Position numbers and translations under genes: made by a program. From Candidatus Limnocylindria bacterium (GTDB taxonomy: Bacteria > Chloroflexota > Limnocylindria > P2-11E): a DNA stretch of 64,000 bases. The notes under the pieces are model-generated. The model had not been told where the DNA came from and ran no database searches. It saw only the letters and a list, made by a program, of their open reading frames with translations. The stretch is taken from contig JBBRQB010000003.1 of assembly GCA_038227105.1 (NCBI GenBank), positions 1,054 to 65,053 of the forward strand. The letters run 5' to 3'. Of this stretch, positions 18,613-28,119 are shown one piece after another; position 1 is the first letter of the stretch; every line of letters begins with the position of its first letter.

Positions 18613-19136
18613 GACGGCTCAGTGTGCAGGAAGAGGCGGGTGTAGCCGACCGGCTCCCCGGGCAGCAGCGCCTGCGGGGAGGTCCCGTCCAGGTGCATGA
18701 GCATCGCCTGCTCGTCGCAGGCGGACCGCTTGGGGCACACCGGACACTCCGAGGCGCTCTTCTCGGGCAGCCGCCCGAGGCTCGTCAGCGTGAAACCGCA
18801 CGTGGTGAAGAACTCGGGGACCAGCGTGAGCGCAAAGACACGTCGCAGGCCCCGCTCGCGCGCGCGCTGGACGCAAGCCTCGACGATCGCCTTGCCGACG
18901 CCGCGTCCCGCGGCCTCGGGCGCGACGGCGAGCGATCGCAGCTCGGCGAGATCGCTCGTCAGGGTCGCGAGGGCCCCGCACCCGAGGAAGCCATCATCGT
19001 CGGCAACGAGGAAGTCGGCGAGATTGGTCTCGAGGAAGGTCTCGGTGCGCTCGAGCATCCGGTCCTCGGCGGCGTAGCGATCGATGAGCGCCTTCATCGG
19101 AGCGATGTCCGATGTTCGAGCCGCGCGGACGATCAC
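18609..19136 (-). CDS. argA: Short single-domain GNAT N-acetylglutamate synthase (M. tuberculosis Rv2747-type)
   Basis: VRAARTSDIAPMKALIDRYAA ... GCGALATLTSDLAELRSLAV ... RRVFALT matches the short mycobacterial ArgA. 175 aa. Overlaps the argH stop. Confidence 0.75.
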   Translation of the reverse strand: MIVRAARTSDIAPMKALIDRYAAEDRMLERTETFLETNLADFLVADDDGFLGCGALATLTSDLAELRSLAVAPEAAGRGVGKAIVEACVQRARERGLRRVFALTLVPEFFTTCGFTLTSLGRLPEKSASECPVCPKRSACDEQAMLMHLDGTSPQALLPGEPVGYTRLFLHTEPS

Positions 19137-20509
19137 GACCCGAACGCGGCCTTTGCCTCCGCGAGCTCCTCGCGGACCCGCTCCGGCGCGGTCCCACCCG
19201 GTGACCGGCGGGCCGCGAGCGACCGCGCGACGGACGCATCCGCCGCGGCGTCGTCACCGAACCGTGCGTCATAGCCCCGAAGCTCGGACGTGGTCAGGGA
19301 GACCAGATCCGTTCCTTTCGTGAGCTGATCACGGACGATCCTGCCGACGACCTCGTGCGCCTCACGGAACGGGACGCCCCGCGCCACGAGGTGATCCGCG
19401 AGATCGGTCGCCGTGAGCATGCCCCGCTCGGTGGCACGCCGCATCGCATCGCGATCGACATGCAGGTCCTTGATGACGAGCGCGAGGACGGCGAGGCCCG
19501 GCGCCGCCTGCGCAGCGTCGTACAGGGGCACGCGCTGCTCCTGAAGATCGCTGCCGTACGCGAGCGGCAGGCCTTTCAGCGTCGTCAGCACCGCGACGAG
19601 GTCACCGATGATCCGCCCGGCACGCCCGCGCACGAGCTCGGCCACATCGGGGTTCTTCTTCTGCGGCATGATGCTCGAGCCGGTCGCATGCCGATCGTCG
19701 AACGCGACGAAACCGAACTCCGCCGACGTCCAGAGGACCAGCTCCTCCGCGAGCCGCGACGCGTGGACGGCCGCCAGGGCCGCGACGAAGACGTACTCGA
19801 CGACGAAGTCGCGGTCGCTTACCGCATCGATGCTGTTGCGGAACGTCGCAGGGAGTCCAAGCTCGCGAGCAGTGACCCGCGGGTCGACCGCGTACGGCGA
19901 CCCGGCGAGCGCCGCGGCCCCCAGCGGCGACACCGCGGCGCGCGCGCGGGCCTGGCCGACGCGGGCGCGGTCCCGGCGGAACGCCTCGACGTGCGCGAGC
20001 AGGTGATGCGCGAGCGAGACCGGCTGCGCGCGCGGGAGGTGGGTGTAGCCAGGGAGGACGGTCTCCACCTCGCCCGCGGCGCGATCGATGAGCGCTCGCC
20101 CGAGCGCGAGAAGCGAACCGTCGAGCTCGTCGAGGAGGTCGAGCGTGAAGAGGCGCAGGTCCAGCGCGACCTGGTCGTTCCGGCTGCGCGCGGTGTGCAG
20201 CTTCCCGGCGACGGCGCCGATGCGCTGGCCGAGGACCGACTCGATGACGCTGTGCACGTCCTCGTGGCCGGTGGGCCACGCGAAGGAGCCCTCCGCCAGC
20301 TCGGTGGCGATCTGCTCCAGACCCCCGACGATCGCGCGCGCCTCGTCCGCCGTCAGGATGCGCTGCGCGCCGAGCATCCGCGCGTGCGCGATGCTGCCAC
20401 GCACGTCATGCGCCGCGATCCGCTTGTCGAGCTCGAGCGAGCTCGTGAAGCCGAGGATCGCAGGGTCGAGACCGCCCTCGAACCGGCCGCTCCAAAGCGG
20501 GCTGCTCAC
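19133..20509 (-). CDS. argH: Argininosuccinate lyase
   Basis: Fumarate-lyase signature GSSIMPQKKNPD. N-terminus MSSPLWSGRFEGG. Confidence 0.95.
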   Translation of the reverse strand: MSSPLWSGRFEGGLDPAILGFTSSLELDKRIAAHDVRGSIAHARMLGAQRILTADEARAIVGGLEQIATELAEGSFAWPTGHEDVHSVIESVLGQRIGAVAGKLHTARSRNDQVALDLRLFTLDLLDELDGSLLALGRALIDRAAGEVETVLPGYTHLPRAQPVSLAHHLLAHVEAFRRDRARVGQARARAAVSPLGAAALAGSPYAVDPRVTARELGLPATFRNSIDAVSDRDFVVEYVFVAALAAVHASRLAEELVLWTSAEFGFVAFDDRHATGSSIMPQKKNPDVAELVRGRAGRIIGDLVAVLTTLKGLPLAYGSDLQEQRVPLYDAAQAAPGLAVLALVIKDLHVDRDAMRRATERGMLTATDLADHLVARGVPFREAHEVVGRIVRDQLTKGTDLVSLTTSELRGYDARFGDDAAADASVARSLAARRSPGGTAPERVREELAEAKAAFGS

Positions 20510-21834
20510 GTCCGCTTGCCCGGCTTGTGCCTGGGAGCGCGCTTCGCAGCGGGCTTCTCCGTTGCGACGTTCTTGGGGATCGCGAGCGTCGCCTCGCTAT
20601 CCGGACCCCAGAGCGCCTGGATGCGCGACTGGTTGCGCAGCGGCAGGCCGAAGACGTTGATGAAGCCCTCGGCGGCCTTGTGATCGAAGGTATCGCCTTT
20701 CCCATAGGTCGCGAGAGACGTCGAGTAGAGGGAATGTTCCGAGCGGCGACCGACGACGGTCGCCGTGCCCTTGTGCAGCTTCACCCGGATCTCGCCGGTG
20801 ACGAAGCGCTGCGTGCTGTGTACGTACGACGCGAGGTCCTGGTGGTGCGCCGAGAACCAGAGGCCGTTGTAGACGAGGTCCGCGTACTCGTCGGCGACCC
20901 GCTGCTTGAACCGCAGCGTCTCCTTCGACAGGACCATGTCCTCGAGGGCGCGATGCGCAAGATGCAGCACCACTGCCGCCGGCGCCTCGTAGATCTCACG
21001 TGACTTGATGCCCACGAGGCGGTTCTCGATCTGGTCGATGCGGCCGACGCCGTGCTTGCCGGCAAGCGTGTTGAGGCGCTCGATCAGCTCGACGCCCTCT
21101 ACGGCCTCGCCGTCGAGCGTGACCGGGATCCCCTCGCGGAAGCCGATGACGAGCTCCTTCGCGCGCTCGGGCGCCTCGTCCGGATCGACGGTCCACTGGA
21201 AGACGTCGCGGGGCGGCGCGCCCCACGGGTCCTCGAGCACGCCGGCCTCGATCGAACGGCCCCAAAGATTCATGTCGACGCTGTACGGGCTCTTCTTCGT
21301 GACCGGCACGGGGATGCCGCGAGCCTTCGCGTAGTCGATCTCATCGTCGCGGGTCATGTTCATGCCGCTCCGCAGGGGCGCGACGACCGTCATCTCGGGT
21401 GCGAGCGCAGCGACCGCGAGGTCGAAGCGCACCTGGTCGTTGCCCTTCCCCGTCGAGCCGTGCGCGACGAACCGCGCGCCTTCCTCGCGGGCCGCGTCGA
21501 CGAGCAGCTTTGCGAGCAGCGGCCGCCCGAGCGCCGTCGCGAGCGGGTACCGCCCCTCATAGAGCGCACCCGCTTGCAATGCGGGCCAGAGGAAGAACCG
21601 AACGAACGTGTCGCGCGCGTCGTGGACGATCGCCTTGCGCGCGCCGCTCTGGATCGCCTTCTTCTGGATCTCCGGGAGGTCCTTGACCGACCCGAGGTCG
21701 CCGGTGCAGGTGACGACCTCGAAGCCGTACGTCTCCCGCAGCCATGCGACCGCGACGGACGTATCGAGCCCGCCCGAATATGCGAGCACGATCGTCTGCC
21801 CCTTGGTCGCCTGCGCCGCCTTGTCTTTTGTCAT
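20506..21834 (-). CDS. argG: Argininosuccinate synthase
   Basis: PP-loop AYSGGLDTS... Confidence 0.95.
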   Translation of the reverse strand: MTKDKAAQATKGQTIVLAYSGGLDTSVAVAWLRETYGFEVVTCTGDLGSVKDLPEIQKKAIQSGARKAIVHDARDTFVRFFLWPALQAGALYEGRYPLATALGRPLLAKLLVDAAREEGARFVAHGSTGKGNDQVRFDLAVAALAPEMTVVAPLRSGMNMTRDDEIDYAKARGIPVPVTKKSPYSVDMNLWGRSIEAGVLEDPWGAPPRDVFQWTVDPDEAPERAKELVIGFREGIPVTLDGEAVEGVELIERLNTLAGKHGVGRIDQIENRLVGIKSREIYEAPAAVVLHLAHRALEDMVLSKETLRFKQRVADEYADLVYNGLWFSAHHQDLASYVHSTQRFVTGEIRVKLHKGTATVVGRRSEHSLYSTSLATYGKGDTFDHKAAEGFINVFGLPLRNQSRIQALWGPDSEATLAIPKNVATEKPAAKRAPRHKPGKRT

Positions 21835-22310
21835 ACGGGCTTTCCCACTCCATATTCAGCGAGCCGCTTGTTGATCCCGCGCGCGCGCGCCGGATCGTGT
21901 GCGGCGACGAACACCGTGTCGTCGCCGGCGATCGTCCCGATGACATCATTGAAAGCCGACGTGTCGAGCGCGATGGCCAGCGCGTTGGCCGTGCCCGGCG
22001 GCGTCTTCAGGATCACGAGGTTCCCCGCGACCGCACTCGACACCGGGTATTCGTCGCAGAACCTGCGGAGCCGCTCGAGACCGCCGGACAATGGCACCAC
22101 CGCCGGCGGGGCATACACGTGCGCTCCGTCGCGCGGCACCTTCACCAGGCCGATCTCGACGATATCGCGCGACACCGTCGCCTGCGTCGCAGCGAAGCCG
22201 GCCGCGCGCAGCGCGCGGACGACGTCCTGCTGCGTCGCGAGGCGCTTCTCGCTGACGAGACGCACGAGCGTCTGCTGGCGGTGCTGCTTGCGCGCGTTGA
22301 GCTCGTTCAT
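21831..22310 (-). CDS. argR: Arginine repressor
   Basis: N-terminal winged helix (SRDIVEIGL). C-terminal oligomerisation/arginine-binding motif GTIAGDDTVFV. Confidence 0.9.
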   Translation of the reverse strand: MNELNARKQHRQQTLVRLVSEKRLATQQDVVRALRAAGFAATQATVSRDIVEIGLVKVPRDGAHVYAPPAVVPLSGGLERLRRFCDEYPVSSAVAGNLVILKTPPGTANALAIALDTSAFNDVIGTIAGDDTVFVAAHDPARARGINKRLAEYGVGKPV

Positions 22311-23125
22311 GCGGCCTCGAACACGGTGCCGGCCGACCCGCCCGCGAGCAGGGCCTCGATGGCATCGATGTCGCGCGCCGAGACGATCGCCGCCCGGCAG
22401 CCCGCCTGCGCCGCGACGAGGCAGGCTTCGACCTTCGGCAGCATCCCGCCCTCGATGGTCCCGTCGTCGACGAGCGCTTTCGCGCCGTCGCGGTCGAGAT
22501 GCGCCAGCACCTTCCCGTCCTTGCCCCGCACGCCGGGGACGTCCGTGACGAACGCGAGCAGCCGCGCGGCGACGCTCGCCGCGATCGCGCCCGCTGCGGT
22601 GTCGCCGTTCACATTGAGGATCGTGCCGTCCGTGTCGAGCGCGGCCGGCGCGATGACCGGGACGCGAAGCGCCTCGAGCAGCTCTTCGAGCAGCGAGCTG
22701 TCGACCATCGACACCCGGCCGACGAGCCCGAGGGCCGCGTCCTCGCGCTCGGCGCGGAGCATGCCGCCGTCGACGCCGGAGAGCCCGGTCGCCGGCACGC
22801 CCTTCTTGATCAGCCGAGCGACAAGGGTCTTGTTCACGAGGCCGGCGAGCACGCCGAGGGCGACGTCGCGCGTGGGCTCATCGGTGACGCGGAGGCCGCG
22901 TTCGAACCGCGTCTCGAGGCCGAGCTTCTTGGACCACTCGCCGATGAGCGGGCCGCCGCCGTGCACCGCGATGACCGGCCGGCCGGCATCGTTGAGCGCC
23001 GCGACCAGATCGAGGGCCGCATCGTCCTCACCGGAGACGCTCCCTCCGATCTTGAGGACCACGACCTCGCGTGCGCGCTCGGTCGTGGGGGTACGGCCCG
23101 AAGGCCTAGGTGGTGTAGTCGGCAT
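22307..23125 (-). CDS. argB: Acetylglutamate kinase
   Basis: VLKIGGS...AVHGGGP... amino-acid kinase motifs. An alternative GTG start at 23062 would remove the 20-nt overlap with argJ. Confidence 0.85.
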   Translation of the reverse strand: MPTTPPRPSGRTPTTERAREVVVLKIGGSVSGEDDAALDLVAALNDAGRPVIAVHGGGPLIGEWSKKLGLETRFERGLRVTDEPTRDVALGVLAGLVNKTLVARLIKKGVPATGLSGVDGGMLRAEREDAALGLVGRVSMVDSSLLEELLEALRVPVIAPAALDTDGTILNVNGDTAAGAIAASVAARLLAFVTDVPGVRGKDGKVLAHLDRDGAKALVDDGTIEGGMLPKVEACLVAAQAGCRAAIVSARDIDAIEALLAGGSAGTVFEAA

Positions 23126-24299
23126 TGATCCGCACGTACTCGGCCGAGAGATCGGTGCCCCAGGCTCGGGCCGTCGAGTCGCCCAGACCGAGGTCCACCT
23201 CGATCACGATCTCCGGCATCGCGAAGAGCGCTCGCACCGTGTTCGCGTCGAACGCCCGGGGCGCACCGCTCGCATACACGGCGACGTCACCGATGCGCAC
23301 CGACGCCTTCGCCGCCTCGACCTTCGCCCCAGACCGGCCGGCCGCCGCGAGGATCCGGCCCCAGTTCGGGTCAGCTCCGTGGATCGCGGTCTTCACGAGG
23401 TTGGAGGTGGTGATCGTCCGGGCGGCCGCGCGCGCGTCCGACTCCGACGCCGCACCGACAAGCCGCACCTCGAACACCTTCGTCACGCCCTCGCCGTCGG
23501 CGACGACCGCTCGCGCGAGATCGAGACACACGGCCGTGAGGGCGTCCAGGAACTTCGATCCGTCGGACGTGCCGACGCGCACGCCGGACGCGCCGTTCGC
23601 CAGGACGAGGAGCGTGTCGTTCGTGCTCGTATCCCCATCCACCGATACCGCGTTGAACGTGTCGTCCGCGGCGGAGCGGAGCATCGGCCGCAGCGCGGCG
23701 CCGTCGATGTGGGCGTCCGTGGTCACGAAGGTCAGGAGCGTCGCCATGTTCGGATGGATCATCCCGGCGCCCTTCGCGATGCCGCCGATGCGGACGGTGC
23801 CGTCCGCGAGCACCACCTCGCGCTGCGCGACCTTCGGCCGGGTGTCGGTGGTCATGATGGCCCGCGAAACATCGTCCCAGCCGGACTCGGTCAGCGTGAT
23901 CCGGCCGATCGCGGGAATGATCCGATCCATCGGTAGCGGCACACCGATGACACCCGTGCTCGCGACCCCGATCTCGTGGGGGTCGACGTGCAGGAGCTCA
24001 GCGCCCGCGGTCGCCATCGCGACCGCGTCGCGCTCTCCCTGCGGGCCGGTGCACGCGTTCGCGTTGCCGGAGTTCACGACGACGCCGCGGAGATGCCCTT
24101 TGGCGAGATGCTTACGCGTGATGAGGCATGGCGCGGCGATCACCTGGTTGGTCGTGAAGACGCCCGCCGCGTGGACGTGCGCGGCCGTCGAAGCGATGAC
24201 CGCGACATCGAGCCTCGTCGCGTCCGCGTGCTTCACGCCGGCCGCGACCGCGCCGGCGACGAACCCCTTCGCGAAGGTGACGCCCTGTCCCTCGGTCAT
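23106..24299 (-). CDS. argJ: Bifunctional ornithine acetyltransferase / N-acetylglutamate synthase
   Basis: Autoprocessing site ATLLTFVTTDA. ATGA overlap with the argC stop. Confidence 0.9.
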   Translation of the reverse strand: MTEGQGVTFAKGFVAGAVAAGVKHADATRLDVAVIASTAAHVHAAGVFTTNQVIAAPCLITRKHLAKGHLRGVVVNSGNANACTGPQGERDAVAMATAGAELLHVDPHEIGVASTGVIGVPLPMDRIIPAIGRITLTESGWDDVSRAIMTTDTRPKVAQREVVLADGTVRIGGIAKGAGMIHPNMATLLTFVTTDAHIDGAALRPMLRSAADDTFNAVSVDGDTSTNDTLLVLANGASGVRVGTSDGSKFLDALTAVCLDLARAVVADGEGVTKVFEVRLVGAASESDARAAARTITTSNLVKTAIHGADPNWGRILAAAGRSGAKVEAAKASVRIGDVAVYASGAPRAFDANTVRALFAMPEIVIEVDLGLGDSTARAWGTDLSAEYVRINADYTT

Positions 24300-25318
24300 G
24301 GCCATAGCGGCATCGCCTCGAGACCGGTCGTCTCCGGCAGGCCGCACATCACGTTCAGGTTCTGGATCGCCTGTCCGGCTGCGCCCTTCACAAGGTTGTC
24401 GAGGACGCCGACCGCGACCAGACGCCGGTTGTCCTCGTCAACGACCGCGTGCACGAGGCACCAGTTGCTGCCGAGGGTCGCCTTGGTCGGCGGGAACGCG
24501 TTGACCCACCGGACGAACGGCTCGCCAACGTAGGTCGCGGCGTAGGCCTCAGCCACCTGCGCAGCGGTGACCCCTGCACGGAGCGGCGCGTAGCACGTCG
24601 CGATGAGTCCGCGCGTCATCGGGATGAGGTGCGGCGTGAACGTGAGCCCAGCCTCCGCGCGGCCGAGGACAGCGAGCCCTTGCGCGATCTCGGGCGTGTG
24701 ACGGTGCGTCGGCACGCCGTACGTGCGGACGCTCTCGTCGATGGTGCCGTAGAGGTACGCGTCGTCGACGATGTGGCCCGCGCCCGAGACGCCGGACTTG
24801 GCGTCGACGATCACGCCACTGTCGATGAGGCCGTGCTTCGCCGCCGGCGCGAGCGCCAGCAGCGACGCCGTCGGGTAGCAGCCGGGGTTGGCGACGACGC
24901 GCGCCTGGGGCAGGGCCGCACGCGCGAACTCCGTCAGTCCGTAGACCGACTCCGCGAGCAGCTGCGGCGCGGGATGGGTGTAGCCGTACCAGCGCTCGTA
25001 GGCTGCGGGGTCCTTCAGCCGGAAGTCCGAGCCGATGTCGATGATCCGTCGGCCTTCACTCAGCCACTGCGGCGCCTGCTTCGCGGCCTCACCCGCCGGG
25101 AGCGCCGTGAACACGACCTCCGCGTCCCCGATGCCGCTTCCGACGACGAGGTCGTCGGGCGCGTCGTGGAGGTGCGGAAGCACCGCGCGGAGCATCTCGC
25201 CCTGGCGCGAGCGCGCGACGGTCGCAACCAGCTTCACTCCACTGTGCCGCAGCAGCAGGCGCGCGAGCTCGCCACCGGCGTAGCCCGTGGCCCCGACGAT
25301 CGCGACGGTGATCGGCAT
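24296..25318 (-). CDS. argC: N-acetyl-gamma-glutamyl-phosphate reductase
   Basis: NAD-binding start IVGATGYAGGEL. Active-site NPGCYPTA. Confidence 0.95.
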   Translation of the reverse strand: MPITVAIVGATGYAGGELARLLLRHSGVKLVATVARSRQGEMLRAVLPHLHDAPDDLVVGSGIGDAEVVFTALPAGEAAKQAPQWLSEGRRIIDIGSDFRLKDPAAYERWYGYTHPAPQLLAESVYGLTEFARAALPQARVVANPGCYPTASLLALAPAAKHGLIDSGVIVDAKSGVSGAGHIVDDAYLYGTIDESVRTYGVPTHRHTPEIAQGLAVLGRAEAGLTFTPHLIPMTRGLIATCYAPLRAGVTAAQVAEAYAATYVGEPFVRWVNAFPPTKATLGSNWCLVHAVVDEDNRRLVAVGVLDNLVKGAAGQAIQNLNVMCGLPETTGLEAMPLWP

Positions 25319-25320
25319 CG

Positions 25321-25360
25321 CTAGATTATGCAGACTGGTGGATATTTATGCAAGGACGGC
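25321..25360 (-). promoter_or_regulatory. AT-rich island upstream of argC with two TATGCA-containing repeats about 19 bp apart. Candidate tandem ARG boxes / arg promoter.
   Basis: ctagATTATGCAGActggtggatatTTATGCAAGg is the only AT-rich patch in a roughly 70% GC region. It lies immediately 5' of the argC start. Confidence 0.35.
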
Positions 25361-25579
25361 CACGCGGCCGATCACGTCGGCCCGACCGACGGCGTCCCGA
25401 GATCCATCGACGCAGCTACACGAACCGCTCCTCGCGGGGATTCGCGACGTTCGGCATCTGCGTCAGGTCACAACGTCGACGCTGACGATGAGGCCGATCG
25501 AGACGGCTGTCGCGCCGAGCGCGCGTCGCAGGACCGTGAGTGAAGAGAAAAGGCCCTTCCCGAACGCGGTCCTCCGAGT

Positions 25580-26626
25580 TTAGCGGGCGTGTGCGCGGGA
25601 AAAGTCGTACAGCGCCCGCTCCGAGCCACCGAGGAGGTCTCGACCTCGTGTCGACACGCGCGAGCCGCCGGCGAGCACCAGGGTCGTCGCGAAGCCTTCC
25701 TGCCGCTCGCTGAATCCGACCGCGACGGGAATGACCTCGGTCACATCGGACCACGACACGTCCGTCGATAGGAGCGGCAGCCCCGACGCCAGGTGGAGGC
25801 CCTTGGCGTCGACGACGGTACGGGCGAACGCCGGCTGCAGCGTGAGGACCAGTCCGACAGCGGCGACCGCCAACAGGATGCGCGGGTAGAGGACGACGTG
25901 TGCGACAGCGCGCCGGGCGAGATCCTCGGCCGCGCCGGCGTTGCGGTGCCAGTGCCGCAGCGTGCCCCGCGCCCACCCGGGCGCCGACGAGCCGAGGGCG
26001 ACGCGCGCGATGGCGGCCGCGAGGGCCGCGCCGCCGGCGAACGCCGCGAGCAGAACGCGCGGGTCGAACACGGAGACGTGTGGAAGGATCGCGAAGGTGC
26101 CGGGCACGGGTGTGATGCGCGCCGCGAGCTGCGCGGCGAACGGAATGGCTGCCAGGAGGATCACCCCCACCATCACGGCGAAGCCGCCGATAGCGAGCGG
26201 GACGACCGGGTCGTCGCTGTCGGTGAATCCCTCGGTCGTCGCGTCGATCGCGCGCGTGAGCTCGTGCAGCGCGCCGGCGCTGCTCAATGTGCCGCGGCGG
26301 CCATCGGCGAGGACCGTGGCGAAGAACGGAGCGAGCTCGGGATCGACAACGCCGTCGAGCGCGATGGAGAGATCGAGCGTTCCGCGCGGCGACACGATGC
26401 GGACGCGGCCATGTTCGGCGGTGACCGACCGCGCGTCCGGCCACGCGATCTCGCGCGTTCCGGTGGTGTCGGAGATGCGGATCGCGCTACCGTCGAGCTC
26501 GCAGATCGCGGCATGCGAGCGGAATCCCTCGTGCACCCGCACTGCCTGCGTGAGGATCGACCTCGGGCGCGCGAGCTTGACCGGATCCGCCGGCTGGGTC
26601 CGCGGAAGGGTCGCGAGGCGCTCCAC
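25580..26626 (-). CDS. Membrane protein with two soluble beta-rich (PH-like?) modules flanking a 3-TM core
   Basis: Hydrophobic core LAIGGFAVMVGVILLAAIPFAAQLA / VLLAAFAGGAALAAAIA / ILLAVAAVGLVLTL. No assignable family. Confidence 0.5.
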   Translation of the reverse strand: MERLATLPRTQPADPVKLARPRSILTQAVRVHEGFRSHAAICELDGSAIRISDTTGTREIAWPDARSVTAEHGRVRIVSPRGTLDLSIALDGVVDPELAPFFATVLADGRRGTLSSAGALHELTRAIDATTEGFTDSDDPVVPLAIGGFAVMVGVILLAAIPFAAQLAARITPVPGTFAILPHVSVFDPRVLLAAFAGGAALAAAIARVALGSSAPGWARGTLRHWHRNAGAAEDLARRAVAHVVLYPRILLAVAAVGLVLTLQPAFARTVVDAKGLHLASGLPLLSTDVSWSDVTEVIPVAVGFSERQEGFATTLVLAGGSRVSTRGRDLLGGSERALYDFSRAHAR

Positions 26627-27499
26627 CTACGTAGAACGCGCGGCATCCTCAGGCGTCACGCGCTCGAACCGAATGGCCTCCCCAGGCGCCGCCTGGGCGA
26701 CGAACCCGAGATCGGCCACGATGACGGTCGCGATGATCGGGTAACCGCCGGTCGTCCCATGGTCGGCGAGCAGGACGATCGGCGCGCCGCCGCGCGGCAC
26801 CTGGATCGCGCCGGTGACGAGACCGAAGCTCAGCAGCTCGCGCTCGGCCGGATCCATCGTGGGGCCCGCGAGACGCACGCCCATCCGATCGCTCTCTGGC
26901 AGCACCGTGAACGCCGACGCGAAGAACCGGTCGACGGTCCCCGTCGGGAACGATGCGTCGTGCGGTCCGGCGATCGCGCGGACCGGCGTCCCATACGCGG
27001 GCACGGCAGCACGCCGACCGGCGCCCTCCATCCCCGCACCCGATGCGCCGAGCTCGACCGCGTCCCCGGCGGCAAGCGCGCGAGGCACCGGACCCAGCGC
27101 GGCCGACAGGTACGTGGCACGCGAGCCGAGCACGGGATCGAGCGCGAGGCCGCCGCTCACGGCAACGTACGCGTAGCGGGTGCGGTCCGAGCCCTCCACG
27201 ACCACCTCTTCCCCTGCTCGCGCGAGGACACTGGTCCATCCGGGCACGCGCGCGCGTGTGCGGATCCGCACGTCACGACCAGTGGCCGCGACCACCCGCC
27301 GGTCATCGCAGCGGAACGCGAACGGCAATCCGATGATCTCGATGGCCGCCGCGTCGTCCGCACAGCCCGCGAGCGCGAGGGCAGCGGCGAAAGCCTGCGG
27401 GTCCGCCGGCCCGGACGGTGGGATCCCCGCCCGTGCGCCGCCGGCGCGCCCGCGGTCCTGCACGGTCGCGCGGAGCCCGGGCTTCGCGATCCGCATCAT
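26627..27499 (-). CDS. pxpC: 5-oxoprolinase subunit C (KipA / allophanate hydrolase subunit 2 family)
   Basis: Family-typical N-terminus GLRATVQDRGR. Operon context with pxpA/B. Confidence 0.8.
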   Translation of the reverse strand: MMRIAKPGLRATVQDRGRAGGARAGIPPSGPADPQAFAAALALAGCADDAAAIEIIGLPFAFRCDDRRVVAATGRDVRIRTRARVPGWTSVLARAGEEVVVEGSDRTRYAYVAVSGGLALDPVLGSRATYLSAALGPVPRALAAGDAVELGASGAGMEGAGRRAAVPAYGTPVRAIAGPHDASFPTGTVDRFFASAFTVLPESDRMGVRLAGPTMDPAERELLSFGLVTGAIQVPRGGAPIVLLADHGTTGGYPIIATVIVADLGFVAQAAPGEAIRFERVTPEDAARST

Positions 27500-28119
27500 C
27501 GCGGCACGAACCGCACGCGATCGCCCGCACCGATGAGCGCCGCAGGGTCGCGCCGGGGATCGAACATGACGAGCACTGTCCGTCCGATGAGGTGCCAGCC
27601 GCCCGGTGATTCGAACGGGTACACGAGGGTCTGACCATTCGCGACCCCGACCGAACCCGCCGGGACGCGTGCCCGCGGCGTGTCAAGGCGCGGCACGTCG
27701 ATCCGTGGGTCGAGCGTTCCGAGATATGCGAGCCCGGGCATGAAGCCCAGGAAGAACGCCTCGTACTCGCGCCCGGTGTGCGCGTCGATGAGCTCGCGCG
27801 GTGTCAGCCCGGACCGCGCGGCGGCGATCGCGAGGTCAGGACCGTCATAGCTGGTCGGGATCTCGATGAGGCGCCCGGCCGTCGCGGGCCGCGGCGCGGG
27901 CGGATGCGCCGCGAGCGCTTCGGCCACCGCGAGCGCGGCGGCGCGCGCGGTGGGAGGGTCGAATCGCAGCACGACCGACGCGTACGCCGGGATCGCCTCG
28001 CCGAGGCCTCGGGCCTCCCAGGCGTCCGCGATGGCGCGGGCGCGGGCGGCGATCCCAGGGTCGATGCGCTGCTCGAGCTCGAGGAGGAACGCGCGATCGC
28101 CGAACGCGCGAAGGCTCAT
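27496..28119 (-). CDS. pxpB: 5-oxoprolinase subunit B (KipI / allophanate hydrolase subunit 1 family)
   Basis: Cyclophilin-like KipI fold residues (GWHLIGRT). ATGA overlap with the pxpA stop. Confidence 0.8.
   Translation of the reverse strand: MSLRAFGDRAFLLELEQRIDPGIAARARAIADAWEARGLGEAIPAYASVVLRFDPPTARAAALAVAEALAAHPPAPRPATAGRLIEIPTSYDGPDLAIAAARSGLTPRELIDAHTGREYEAFFLGFMPGLAYLGTLDPRIDVPRLDTPRARVPAGSVGVANGQTLVYPFESPGGWHLIGRTVLVMFDPRRDPAALIGAGDRVRFVPR

Noticed and set aside
19355-23936. Long plus-strand ORFs (442, 498 and 730 aa) antisense to argH/argG/argR/argB/argJ
   Set aside because: The sense strand encodes fully recognisable arg enzymes. The antisense products are Arg/Pro/Gly-rich and carry no motifs.
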